DNA of 64,000 nt from Acidobacteriota bacterium (GCA_965217775.1 CBDCJH010000002.1:576001-640000), one strand, 5' to 3'. Counted from the first letter of the stretch, positions 34,112-43,908 are shown. Program-made: numbers and translations. Notes: a model not told the origin generated them from the letters alone.

Positions 34112-34139
34112 GTAGGGGCGCCCCTTGTGTGGGCGCCCT
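34112..34139 (+). repeat. GTAG-type REP palindrome
   Basis: GTAGGGGCGCCCCTTGTGTGGGCGCCCT: GTAG followed by a GGGCGCCC stem. Confidence 0.65.
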
Positions 34140-34253
34140 CTTCGGTCCAAATCGGAGCAAGACGGGGCCGGACGAAGTGTCGGCGGCTGGAAATCCACCG
34201 CGCCGGCGAAGAAATTCTGGTTCCGGCTACGCCGGGTTGGATAGTATCAAGAG

Positions 34254-34475
34254 ATGAAGCTCAGCATCAGCCTGCGCGAAGAAGACGTCGGCTTCCTTGA
34301 CCACTATGCCCGCGCACAAGGCATCAAGTCGCGGTCCGCAGTGGTGCGGACAGCCCTGTATCTATTGCGTACCACGGAGCTCGCCAGCGATTATGCGGCC
34401 GCGTGGGATGAATGGAATGCCGATGACGACGCTGATGCATGGGAACGTTCAGCCACCGACGGATTGAAACCTTGA
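34254..34475 (+). CDS. Ribbon-helix-helix antitoxin (MazE9-like), with no intact toxin next to it
   Basis: MKLSISL.EEDV.FLD.Y....G..SRSAV....L...L..DYAAAW.EW.....AWE....DG pattern. Confidence 0.8.
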   Translation: MKLSISLREEDVGFLDHYARAQGIKSRSAVVRTALYLLRTTELASDYAAAWDEWNADDDADAWERSATDGLKP

Positions 34476-34738
34476 ACCGATTGGAACAGGTTTGTCGGGG
34501 CGATATCCGGACAGTAGCGGGAGAGTTGGGCTCCTATGCCGCATAGGCGCCATGAGGACGAGCCCTGATCAGCGGCAAAGTGCAGCCGATATTGGCTGCA
34601 CTTTGCCACTGGTTATCGGGGCATTCGACCGGTGCTGCATCCCCCTCACGATAGTATTCGGGTGCCCACAAGAGTCGCCCCTGCCAGAGTTGCTCCCAAT
34701 GTCGTCATGCCTTGCCGTCGCGATGTGGCCGGAATTCC

Positions 34739-36352
34739 TCAACGCTTGGCCAGAAGGCTGCAGATCTGGTCGATGCCGCGGCGGGCGTTGTAGTGGCCGA
34801 AGCGATGGTCGTTGACCAGGATGGAAAAGGCCAACAGTTCCGAGGATCGGGACTGGACGTAGCCGCCCAGGGTGATGGCGTTGGAAAGGGTCCCGGTCTT
34901 GGCGAAGACGCGGTTGGCCGCGGGCGTTCCCCCCATCCGCCCCCTGAGCGTGCCGTTCCTGCCGGCAACGGGCAAGCTCCCCAGGAAGAAGGGGAAGAAG
35001 GACTTTCCCGCGACGTGCTTGAGTAACATCGATTGCGCCCGGGGTGTGATCAGGTTCTGCTCCGAGAGCCCGGACCCGTCCTGAAGGTCGGTGAGGCGCA
35101 ACGGGACCCCCGCTTCCCGAAGCAGCTCGTAGACCACTTCCAGTCCACCCGAATCGCTGCCTCGGCCCTTGACGACGGCGCCCAGGGTGCGGAGCAGAAT
35201 CTCGGCGTAGAGATTGTGACTCTCCCTATTGACCCGAAAGATGACCTCGATCAGAGGCGGGGACTCGTGGACGTAGATTTCGTGCATTTCCACGCCGTCT
35301 GAGGGCGCAACGTGACGGGAGCGGACCGAGCCTCCGACGCGAATACCCCGCTTGCGAATACGGTCCCGCAAGATTGTTGCCGTATACAGGGCGGGATCCT
35401 CCATCGTGATCCGGCGAGTCCAGCCCGGACTGTTGACGGGGATTTGGCCACCGATGACCGCCTTGTGGTTTCCCAGGGACCGGTAGAAGTATCCGGTGGC
35501 TTGCGGACCGTCCGCGACGGTCGTGCCCATGTTGACCAGTTGAAAAAGGGAGTTGGACGGATAGCTGGCAAGACGGATGGGCTGTCCGGTCCGTCTGCCG
35601 GGACGGGCCACCAGATTCAGGAGGTTGTCATAGAAGGAAAGGGCGGAGACTCGAGGGGCGTAGTGGTACTCCAGGTCCTTCTTGTTCCATCCTCGTCCGT
35701 GGGGTGCATAGGAAAAGAAGGAGTCGTCACCGACCACGTCTCCTTGGATCAACCGGATGCCGGCCCGTTCCACCTCGCGGGCCAGGTTGTCCAGATGTTG
35801 GAAAATGGGCCCGGAATCCAGATTGTTGGCCAAGCCGGGATCCCCTCCCCCGATCAGGACCAGGTCCCCGGTCAGAACCCCGTTTTCCTGGAGTTGCCCC
35901 TCGTAACCGAGGCGGGTCTCGAATCGGAAGTTGGGTCCCAGACGGTCCAGAACCGCCGCCGTGGTGAAGACCTTCATGTTGCTGGCCGGAATGAAGTACT
36001 TCAGGGGATCGCGGGAATAGAGAACCGCTCCGCCGTCGACGTAGCGCACATCGACTCCCCACGAGGCCCGGCGGTACCGCTTGCTGTCCAGCAGGGCGTC
36101 GATCTTCCGCGCCAAGCCGGGATCGGGCCGGCGGGTGTTTTCAGCGATCGCCGGCTGAGGACTTGGGGCGGCCGGGGGTGGGTCGGCGTCCACTTCAACT
36201 GCAGCGGGCCCCGTAGGGGAGGGTGGCGCCGGTGTCGAGCCGGTCCGGACCCAAAGGGCGAGACCGATGGAGATCGCCGCCAAGAGTCCCAGGACTCCGG
36301 CCCGGGAGAGCCGGATTCGCCAACCGTCTGACAGGCGATGGCCTTTTCGCAT
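34739..36352 (-). CDS. dacB: D-Ala-D-Ala carboxypeptidase/endopeptidase (PBP4, peptidase S13); start uncertain
   Basis: PASNMK (SxxK), GGGDP, ESHNLYAE (SxN), DGSGLS, AKTGTL (KTG). Confidence 0.9.
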   Translation of the reverse strand: MRKGHRLSDGWRIRLSRAGVLGLLAAISIGLALWVRTGSTPAPPSPTGPAAVEVDADPPPAAPSPQPAIAENTRRPDPGLARKIDALLDSKRYRRASWGVDVRYVDGGAVLYSRDPLKYFIPASNMKVFTTAAVLDRLGPNFRFETRLGYEGQLQENGVLTGDLVLIGGGDPGLANNLDSGPIFQHLDNLAREVERAGIRLIQGDVVGDDSFFSYAPHGRGWNKKDLEYHYAPRVSALSFYDNLLNLVARPGRRTGQPIRLASYPSNSLFQLVNMGTTVADGPQATGYFYRSLGNHKAVIGGQIPVNSPGWTRRITMEDPALYTATILRDRIRKRGIRVGGSVRSRHVAPSDGVEMHEIYVHESPPLIEVIFRVNRESHNLYAEILLRTLGAVVKGRGSDSGGLEVVYELLREAGVPLRLTDLQDGSGLSEQNLITPRAQSMLLKHVAGKSFFPFFLGSLPVAGRNGTLRGRMGGTPAANRVFAKTGTLSNAITLGGYVQSRSSELLAFSILVNDHRFGHYNARRGIDQICSLLAKR

Positions 36353-36531
36353 CCGTTCCGAACGAATCCGATTCCAGGGGCGGGTCCGGAGCGTCCGGCG
36401 AAACCTCGCCGGCGCCATTTTCCGTAGCCGGACGAACCAATAGGCGAGAACCCGCCTTTTTCGTGAAAGGTGGGCCAGCAGCGTTCTCATACTCCCTGCT
36501 ATATCCTCCTGGCCCTCCGGCGACCCCGGAA

Positions 36532-37260
36532 TCAACTGACGACGTGCCCCATCCGGCTCCATCGGGTCCGGGTCACGAAAAAGACGATCCGCTCCAGGTA
36601 AAGGCCAAGCATGTCGGGAATCGAGGTCTTCAGATAGGCATCCGACGCGTCCTCGTAGGACCAGAAGACGACCAGAGGTCTCCCCACGATATGGCTTCGG
36701 GGCAGAAATCCAAAGTAGCGGCTGTCGGCGCTGTCGTCCCGGTTGTCCCCCATGACGAAGTAGCTGTCGTCCGGAATCGTGATGGGGTTCGTATTGTCTC
36801 GACGGTCGCCCCGATGCGGGTCGTGCAGAAGGTTCCGCCCTTCGTCGAGGGCGGAATCGCGGTGCACCTTGTAGGGCTCATCCAACGGCGATCCGTTGAT
36901 ATGGACCGTTCCTCCGCGAATCTCCAACTCTTCACCGGGCAGCCCAATGGCGCGTTTCACGTAAAGGACTTCCGGATTGTTGGGGAACTTGAAGACCACG
37001 ATGTCTCCCCGTTTGATATCGCGCTCGGGAGCCAGCGGGATTCCCGGCTTGTAACCGTTGCGAAAACTGAATTTGTCGATCAGTAGCCGGTCTCCTACCA
37101 GGATGGTGGGCTCCATGGACGGTGTGGGAACCGTCATCGGATGAACCACGAAAGTGGTGACGAAGAGCGCGAAGATGGTGCAGACGACGGTGGTGACGAA
37201 GTACTCCCGCAGGGTGCTCTCCTGCTTGGCGGGCGTTTCCTGATGCTCTTCCTGTTTCAT
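36532..37260 (-). CDS. lepB: Signal peptidase I
   Basis: PSMEPT...GDRL, RGDIVVF, YVKRAIGLPG, MGDNRDDSADSR. Confidence 0.94.
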   Translation of the reverse strand: MKQEEHQETPAKQESTLREYFVTTVVCTIFALFVTTFVVHPMTVPTPSMEPTILVGDRLLIDKFSFRNGYKPGIPLAPERDIKRGDIVVFKFPNNPEVLYVKRAIGLPGEELEIRGGTVHINGSPLDEPYKVHRDSALDEGRNLLHDPHRGDRRDNTNPITIPDDSYFVMGDNRDDSADSRYFGFLPRSHIVGRPLVVFWSYEDASDAYLKTSIPDMLGLYLERIVFFVTRTRWSRMGHVVS

Positions 37261-37311
37261 TCTGCTGCGGCCGGGAAACAGGCCCCCGGAAAGGACCGAA
37301 AAACGCCGCCG

Positions 37312-37320
37312 AGTATACCA
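37312..37320 (-). promoter_or_regulatory. Putative extended -10 promoter for lepB
   Basis: Minus strand reads TGGTATACT (TGn + TATACT) about 50 nt upstream of the start. Confidence 0.4.
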
Positions 37321-37374
37321 GCCGATGGTGACGACCGCACGGTACGGCGCCGGCCCCAGGTCCGGACGACATCG

Positions 37375-37917
37375 TTATCCGATCTTCCAGTGCGGCGGCT
37401 CCCGGATGCGAGTCGCCGCGCAATAGAGTCCGACCCGCGTCCGGTCCGGGCAGAGTCGAAGCAGTTCGGCAGGACTTCTCCCCGTAATCGGGTCTCTGAA
37501 GCAGGGCAGGATCTCATTCAAGGGGACCAGAACGAACTTCCGGTTCCTGAGTCTGGGATGGGGAATCCGGAGGTGCCGCTGTTGGACGATCTCCTGTCTG
37601 AAATAGAGGATGTCGATATCGATGTTGCGCGGTCCCTTGGGAACTGCGCGTGAACGGCCCAGAGAGGCCTCGACGTCCAGACAGGTGGCCAGCAGTAACG
37701 GGGGGGTCTGGCGGGTCTCAATTTGGCAAACCAGATTCAGGAAAAGGCCCTGGTCCACGACTCCCACCGGTTCGGTTTCGTACACCGAAGAACAGAGCAC
37801 CGGGTCCACTCCCCGTTCGTTCAACTGGTTCAAGGCGCGGGCCAGGTAGTCTTCCCGGCGGCCCAAATTGGACCCGAGAGAGAGCAGGATTGCGGCTCCG
37901 GCGGGTGAACCCGTCAG
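37375..37917 (-). CDS. folK: 2-amino-4-hydroxy-6-hydroxymethyldihydropteridine diphosphokinase; probable CTG start
   Basis: ILLSLGSNLG, SSVYETEP, FLNLV, GPRNIDIDIL, IPHPRL..RKFVLVPL; the conserved N-terminus extends upstream of the first TTG. Confidence 0.9.
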   Translation of the reverse strand: MTGSPAGAAILLSLGSNLGRREDYLARALNQLNERGVDPVLCSSVYETEPVGVVDQGLFLNLVCQIETRQTPPLLLATCLDVEASLGRSRAVPKGPRNIDIDILYFRQEIVQQRHLRIPHPRLRNRKFVLVPLNEILPCFRDPITGRSPAELLRLCPDRTRVGLYCAATRIREPPHWKIG

Positions 37918-40103
37918 AAAACGCTCCGCGGTTGTTTGATGGTCCCGATGGTTCCGATTCCTTGGAGGTAAAAGGAAAACCGGATCTGGTTCTCCTGGCG
38001 CACTCCCACGTTGAACCCCACGAAATCAAGAGACACGCCGCAGCAGTCCCAGAAATAGTTGAGGCGGGTGCGGTAGTTCAGGAAACGGGCGGAGTGGACG
38101 TCATAGCTGAGGGTGCTGGACAGGGACGCGCCTCGGCCCAGGCGTCCCAAGGCGATCTGTCCCTGGACCTGGTTGGTCTGGATCGTTCCGGGCTCCAGCT
38201 CCCGGGTCACGAAGTAGGCAGTGCCCAGGAGGATTCGCTCGCTGTGGACGAATCCCATGACCGCGACATTTCGGACGCGGTGAAAGTCGGGATCGTAGTC
38301 GGCGCGGACATCGAAATTGACACGGGGTTCCGGGGTGACGCGGGCCACCGCCGTGACCGGAGAATACCCTCTCCGCAGACCTCCAAAAGGAAAGCCGGTG
38401 AGGGAGTGGAAGGAAAGAAACTGGTTGACGGCGCCGGCTCGGAAGGCACCGCCGAAGTCGGGGTCCAGAAAGTGCTTCTGGACCAGCTTGAACGCCATCA
38501 ATTCCCGCGTCTGGGAGCCGTGCGGCGTCTGGCGTTTGACGAAGAAGCGGTTGAAGAGTCCGTACTCCACTTCATTCGTATCGGTGATGGAATCCAGATG
38601 GTCGAAGCGGAGGAGCCGATCGAACTGATCGATACCGGTCCGGTACTGATATCGGAATGTCGGCTCGATCAGGTGCTTCATGGACCCGCTCCGCGAAGCG
38701 TCGCCGTAGATCCGCGAGAGGCCCCATCCCTTCAGATCCAGCGTCAGTTCGGCATACCGGCGCGAGAAGCCCTCTTCGCTGAACCCTTGGGGCGAGTCAC
38801 CGTCGCCGGCCTCGGCCAGACTGTTCCCGTAGAAGGTCTCCCGTAGGGCCAGCCTCGGAGTCAGTCGCAGACCCTGGGCCAGAGGAATGGAGGTATAGAT
38901 CTGGGGAAAGAAATCGAGGCGTTGGGTCAGGCCCGAAGTCTCCAACAGCGAATCACGCCGCGTGAGCCCCTCGGCCGAGGTGTCCAGATCCAGATAAATG
39001 GGAATTCCCCGAAATCTATGGCCGCTCAGCCGGAACTGGGCGCCTGGAGCGCTCTGCACGACGACGTTCCCCTCCGGAAAGAAAGTCTCTTCGCGGGAAA
39101 AGGAGACGTTGAGACTCCTGGCGCCTTGGTTTCTGGTCAAAAAGAGGGTGGAGCTTTCCGTGGGCCGGGTGGCGGTGAAGAAATTGTCGGAGAACACCTG
39201 CCGAAAGGTGAAATTGGAGACGAAGTTGAAATCGGCCACGGCCCGGTAGCCGTTTCCGAACCTGGTTTCGCCCTGGCCATTGAGGCTGGCGCCTCCCTGG
39301 TCCAGGCTGTCTTTGATCAAGTACCCGTCCAACTCCAGAGAGCTGGTCTGGTTGGGCCGGGTCCGGAGGGCGAAGCCGTGGCCGAAGCCACGTTTCGAGT
39401 AATAGTCCTCATGGAAGATCATGTCGGTGCTCCGGCCCAGGACCAGATAGACCGACTGGCTCAGACGCCTTCCCTTGTTGTCGGAAGCGCCGGTGCTGGG
39501 AAGCAGGAATCCGCTGGAGCGCTCCTTCTCCTCGGTGGGAATCGACATGAAGGGGAAATAGAAGACCGGGATGTTCTTGATCTTGAAGAAGGTGTGGTGA
39601 ATCCGGGCCCTCTCGCCGGTCCTGATGGTTCCCTTCTTGACGGTGAAGCTCCACTTGGGGACGGCTTCCCGGCAAGCGGTCAAAAAGCCATTTCGCGCCT
39701 CATAGCTGTCGGGACCGGTCTTGAGAAGGGTCTCGGCCTGGACCAGGATATTCCTGTCGGTGGAGCCCTCCACCTGCCTCAGAATCCCCGTCTGCGTCTC
39801 CAGGTTCAGCTCCCCGCCGGCGCCCTTGAGCCGGAGGTCGCCCCGTTTCACTTCGAAACTCTCCAGGATCGAGAGCTGGCCGGTGCGGGAGTCGTAGGTC
39901 ATCCTCCCGGCTTCGATGGTGCTGCCCTGGTGGGTAATGACGACTTGCCCTTCGGCGACCCAGAGATCCTTCGACTCCCGGGCGAGCCGGTCGGCCTCAA
40001 TGGTGACGGGGCCGCTCTCGGCCACGAGTTCGACCCTTGCCCGATCCTGGGATTGTCCCATGGCCGGGAGGAACAGCAGCAGTAGGATTCCCACAGCAGA
40101 CAC
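37914..40103 (-). CDS. lptD: LPS-assembly outer membrane protein LptD
   Basis: Signal peptide, OstA-like IEADRL...AEGQVVI, FLTAC...PKW, RSSGFLLP, KHLIEP, DCC near the C-terminus, terminal Phe. Confidence 0.88.
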   Translation of the reverse strand: MSAVGILLLLFLPAMGQSQDRARVELVAESGPVTIEADRLARESKDLWVAEGQVVITHQGSTIEAGRMTYDSRTGQLSILESFEVKRGDLRLKGAGGELNLETQTGILRQVEGSTDRNILVQAETLLKTGPDSYEARNGFLTACREAVPKWSFTVKKGTIRTGERARIHHTFFKIKNIPVFYFPFMSIPTEEKERSSGFLLPSTGASDNKGRRLSQSVYLVLGRSTDMIFHEDYYSKRGFGHGFALRTRPNQTSSLELDGYLIKDSLDQGGASLNGQGETRFGNGYRAVADFNFVSNFTFRQVFSDNFFTATRPTESSTLFLTRNQGARSLNVSFSREETFFPEGNVVVQSAPGAQFRLSGHRFRGIPIYLDLDTSAEGLTRRDSLLETSGLTQRLDFFPQIYTSIPLAQGLRLTPRLALRETFYGNSLAEAGDGDSPQGFSEEGFSRRYAELTLDLKGWGLSRIYGDASRSGSMKHLIEPTFRYQYRTGIDQFDRLLRFDHLDSITDTNEVEYGLFNRFFVKRQTPHGSQTRELMAFKLVQKHFLDPDFGGAFRAGAVNQFLSFHSLTGFPFGGLRRGYSPVTAVARVTPEPRVNFDVRADYDPDFHRVRNVAVMGFVHSERILLGTAYFVTRELEPGTIQTNQVQGQIALGRLGRGASLSSTLSYDVHSARFLNYRTRLNYFWDCCGVSLDFVGFNVGVRQENQIRFSFYLQGIGTIGTIKQPRSVF

Positions 40104-40112
40104 GGGTCAAAG

Positions 40113-40121
40113 ATAGTAGCA
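40113..40121 (-). promoter_or_regulatory. Putative extended -10 promoter for lptD
   Basis: Minus strand reads TGCTACTAT, 9 nt before the GTG. Confidence 0.45.
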
Positions 40122-40194
40122 GAATTGCTCGGGCGTCCGTTCTTGAAGTCCCCTGCACCGTGGGATTGGAGTCTGGAACGGCCCTGAGACGGTG

Positions 40195-40203
40195 TGCTAA
40201 CCT
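40195..40203 (+). promoter_or_regulatory. Putative extended -10 promoter for the CMD gene
   Basis: TGCTAACCT, 9 nt before ATG 40213. Confidence 0.35.
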
Positions 40204-40212
40204 TTGCTCAAC

Positions 40213-40548
40213 ATGGCAGTCAAGAAGGATCCGGGGAATCTGGAAAAGTGGCCCTCCTACAGCATGGTCGAGCCCCGCATGCGGAAGATCTACTTCAAGT
40301 TCTACCAGGAGACCTACAAGTCGTCCGTCATCGACCGCAAGCACAAGGAATTGATTGCTATCGCCGCATCCCTGGGATTCAAATGCGAGGGTTGTCTCGA
40401 CGGTCATCTCCGGAAGGCGCTCAAGTGCGGCGCCACCCCGGAAGAAATCAGCGAGACCATATCCATTGCCATGGGTGTCGCCGCGGCTTCCGTCGTAGAC
40501 CAGACGGACCACGCCGCAGAGCGACTGCAGGTGAAGCACTTCGATTAG
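40213..40548 (+). CDS. Carboxymuconolactone decarboxylase / AhpD-like protein
   Basis: IDRKHKELIAIAAS...CEGCLDGH...ALKCGATPEEISE. Confidence 0.85.
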   Translation: MAVKKDPGNLEKWPSYSMVEPRMRKIYFKFYQETYKSSVIDRKHKELIAIAASLGFKCEGCLDGHLRKALKCGATPEEISETISIAMGVAAASVVDQTDHAAERLQVKHFD

Positions 40549-40689
40549 GAAGAGCAATTTCCCAACTGCATTATTGCCGGAATGGGGGCTCTGATACTCC
40601 TGAGATCCGGCTAAACTCGAACCACAGATCAAACTCCACCCGCAACCGGAATCACGACGCTGCGGCTTCGGTCGCGAACTGTCAGTTCA

Positions 40690-43600
40690 ATGCCTTCACC
40701 GAGCAGTGACTTATCCGCAAGGCGTTGGGGAGAGCACCGGAAACGTCTGGTTAACTGGGTAAGTCGCCAGCTGATCGGCCCCGTGCATGTTGGTCGCCTG
40801 CAGGGATCCCCGCTTGAGCGGTATCCCACGGGCGTTCTACATCCCGTGGAACCAGGATTCTCGGGCCTCGATCCGGCGAATCCGGCGGACGACGAGGAGC
40901 ACGAGTCGCCTGTCGTTAACGGAGAGGCCGCTGAACGGAATCTGGCGCAACCGGTTCGGCGAAGGCGTTACGTGCCTCCGTCCTCCGTCAGTTTTTCGTT
41001 CTTTGTTCGCTCCGGCGACGACCTGAGCCTGCGTATCACGGCTTCCGCCGCCATTTACGAACGGACGGGCGAAAGAGATAGTCGAGGACGGTTTCTGAGG
41101 CGCGAATACAGGCGCAAGTCCCTCCAATTCGCAATGGAATGGCCCGGGGGCGACCCTACTCTGCCCGAAGATGTGCTCCTCGAAGTGCGCGAGCGGACAC
41201 ACGGAGACGGCCGCATCCTCACCGTGGTCTTCGCGAACCGCCGGGAGCCGGCCCGATTCCATGAGGACCGGGACGAGCGCTGCCTGTTCGAGGCGGGTCT
41301 GGAAGTGGAGGTCGTAAACGGGGAGGTGGCGGAGTACCCGCGCGTGGACCCGGATCTGCTCACCGAAGAGGAGCGGGAACTCGAGTTGCAGTATCGGCAC
41401 AAGCGCATCTATGCGGTGGGTCACGGCGCGGCGGTGGGCTGGTCCGTGGAACTGGGGACACCCGCCAGGATCTGGGCCGAATTCATACCGCAGGTGGAAG
41501 TTCCCCTGGTGACGGTCAATGCCCGAGGTGTCGATGAAGAGGTTCTGGTTATGGAGGACCTGGCCGGAGCGCCCTGGGATGGGGTCCTCGACCGGCTTGA
41601 CGCCTTCGTGGGTGGATACGAGCGCTGGATCAGGGAACGGTCTCGGGAGGCCGAAAATCTGGAAACCGCGGTGGAACGGGCCACCGCCGAGCGTATCTGC
41701 GGGCGGATGGCCACGGCGCGGGAGCGCATGCGCCGCGGTGTGGCGCTGCTCCGCACCGACGCCGGAGCGAAGTTTGCATTTCGCCAAGCCAATCTGGCGA
41801 TGCTGGCGCAGATGCGGCAGCAGGATCGCAACCGGGATGAAAGGAAGAGGGACGAACGGAAGGACTCGCGGGAGTACCGGTGGCGGCCGTTCCAACTGGC
41901 CTTTCTGCTGGCCGTCATCGAGTCCACGGTTCGGGAGGAGGACGACTTCCGCGGCGTCCTGGACCTGATCTGGTTTCCCACGGGCGGCGGCAAGACCGAA
42001 GCTTACCTGGGCCTGATCGCTTTCCTGATCGTGTGGCGCCGTTTGCGACATGGGAGCGTCGGCGGCGGCACGGTGGTTCTGATGCGCTATACGCTACGTC
42101 TGTTGACTAGACAACAGTTCGAGCGCGCGACCCGCATCATCTGCGCCTTGGAGCTGTTGCGGCGCCGCGACCCGACAAGGCTGGGCGAAGAGCCCATCAC
42201 CGTCGGCATTTGGGTCGGCCGGGCGGCGACTCCTAACACCTGCAGACAGGCGAAGGGGTGCGTGGACGATCTGGCGACGGGCGATGAGGACGCGGGTCAC
42301 CAGCTCGTGCTGAGAGCGTGCCCGTGGTGCCACCATGAGTTCACCGCGCCGCGGAGCTACCGGGCGACGCTCATTGACTTCGTATTTCTGTGCCGCAATC
42401 CCGATTGCGAATTCGGTCCCGATGGCGAGTCGGTCGACCCGCGGCCCCTGCCCTGCAACGTCGTGGACGAAGTGCTGTATGAACGCCCGCCGACGCTCCT
42501 GATCGCCACCATCGACAAGTTTGCCCGCTTGGCCTGGGAACAACGCGCCGTCGGCTTCTTCGGCAGCCCGAAACCGGGGACCGGCTGTGCCTGCCGGCCA
42601 CCGGAACTGGTGATCCAGGACGAGCTTCACCTCATCGCCGGACCCCTGGGGTCCGTGGCCGGCCTCTATGAGGCGGCGTTGGAGACGGTTCTGGCGCAAC
42701 GCGGCGTGCGTCCCAAGTACGTCGCCTCGACGGCGACCATCCGCATGGCGCGGGAGCAGGTGAGAAGTCTGTACGGCCGAGAGCTTGCCGTCTTCCCGCC
42801 GCCGGGCCTCTCGGCCGACGACTCCTGGTTCGCGCGCGCGGATCACTTGCGTCCGGGCCGTCTCTACGTCGGCTATCTGGCGCCGGCGCTGGATCAGCAG
42901 CACTGTCTGGCGCCGCTGGCAGGCGCTCTGCTCAAGGCGCCGTTCTCCGTATTTGAGGGTCAGCGGGATCGGGACGATCTTCTGGAAGCTTGGTGGACTC
43001 AGGTGATCTATCATGGCAGCTTGCGCGGCGTCGGCAACAGCCACAACGCCTACGCCACCTCGGTGCGCGACGTCGTGCGGCGTCTCGATCAAGAAATGGA
43101 ACAGAGGAGACGCGATCAAGGAGACGGCGACGGCGCCAGGGAGAGAACCGAAACACTCCGGAGCCTGGCGCAACTCACCAGCCTGTCCACGGCACAGCAG
43201 AATGCCCGAACCTTCGATCGTTTGAAGCTGGAGCGTGGGGACCCCGATTGTCTGAACGTGGTGCTGGCCACGAACATGATCTCCGTGGGAGTGGACGTCG
43301 ACCGGCTGGCGGCGATGGTCATCAACGGACAGCCGCTCACCACCGCCGAGTACGTTCAGGCGAGCAGCCGCATCGGGCGCGCCCACGTCCCGGGCCTCGT
43401 GTTCGCCAACTACTATCGCCACCAGGCGCGCAGCCTCTCCCATTACGAGAACTTCCGGCCCTACCACGAGTCCTTCTACCGTTTCGTAGAGCCGACCAGC
43501 GTGACGCCGTTCACCTATCAAGTTCGCACCCGTGCCCTGCATGCGGCCCTGGTCTCCGCCGTGCGCCACGGCTGCGACGCCTTGTGCAGGAACCAGGACG

Positions 43601-43908
43601 CCGGCGCATTCGACACGGAAGACGGCACGGTGAGGGCCGTGATCGAACGGCTGAAGTGCCGCTGCCGGCAGGCCGACAAGGCCCGAGGGAGCGCCACGCT
43701 CCGCCACCTCGACCGGCTCGCGGAACGGTGGCACGAGGAGGCGCGGCGTTGCGAGCGGCAGAAGCGCCGGTTGAACTACGAGGCGAAGGATGGAAGCTCC
43801 GACGGCCTGTTGCGCCAATTCGACGACCCTCCTTCTCGGGGGCTGTGGCGGACGTTGAACTCCATGCGCAATGTCGAAGACACGGGAGTGTTGCAGCGCG
43901 ATGATTGA
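40690..43908 (+). CDS. drmA: DISARM-type SF2 helicase DrmA-like
   Basis: YAVGHG, WRPFQLAF, WFPTGGGKTEAYL, MRYTLRLLTRQQFERA, CPWC...CRNPDC, TIDKFA, IQDELHLI.GPLGS, STATI, ATNMISVGVDV.RL, EYVQASSRIGR, FVEPTSVTPF, SMRNVE. Confidence 0.85.
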   Translation: MPSPSSDLSARRWGEHRKRLVNWVSRQLIGPVHVGRLQGSPLERYPTGVLHPVEPGFSGLDPANPADDEEHESPVVNGEAAERNLAQPVRRRRYVPPSSVSFSFFVRSGDDLSLRITASAAIYERTGERDSRGRFLRREYRRKSLQFAMEWPGGDPTLPEDVLLEVRERTHGDGRILTVVFANRREPARFHEDRDERCLFEAGLEVEVVNGEVAEYPRVDPDLLTEEERELELQYRHKRIYAVGHGAAVGWSVELGTPARIWAEFIPQVEVPLVTVNARGVDEEVLVMEDLAGAPWDGVLDRLDAFVGGYERWIRERSREAENLETAVERATAERICGRMATARERMRRGVALLRTDAGAKFAFRQANLAMLAQMRQQDRNRDERKRDERKDSREYRWRPFQLAFLLAVIESTVREEDDFRGVLDLIWFPTGGGKTEAYLGLIAFLIVWRRLRHGSVGGGTVVLMRYTLRLLTRQQFERATRIICALELLRRRDPTRLGEEPITVGIWVGRAATPNTCRQAKGCVDDLATGDEDAGHQLVLRACPWCHHEFTAPRSYRATLIDFVFLCRNPDCEFGPDGESVDPRPLPCNVVDEVLYERPPTLLIATIDKFARLAWEQRAVGFFGSPKPGTGCACRPPELVIQDELHLIAGPLGSVAGLYEAALETVLAQRGVRPKYVASTATIRMAREQVRSLYGRELAVFPPPGLSADDSWFARADHLRPGRLYVGYLAPALDQQHCLAPLAGALLKAPFSVFEGQRDRDDLLEAWWTQVIYHGSLRGVGNSHNAYATSVRDVVRRLDQEMEQRRRDQGDGDGARERTETLRSLAQLTSLSTAQQNARTFDRLKLERGDPDCLNVVLATNMISVGVDVDRLAAMVINGQPLTTAEYVQASSRIGRAHVPGLVFANYYRHQARSLSHYENFRPYHESFYRFVEPTSVTPFTYQVRTRALHAALVSAVRHGCDALCRNQDAGAFDTEDGTVRAVIERLKCRCRQADKARGSATLRHLDRLAERWHEEARRCERQKRRLNYEAKDGSSDGLLRQFDDPPSRGLWRTLNSMRNVEDTGVLQRDD

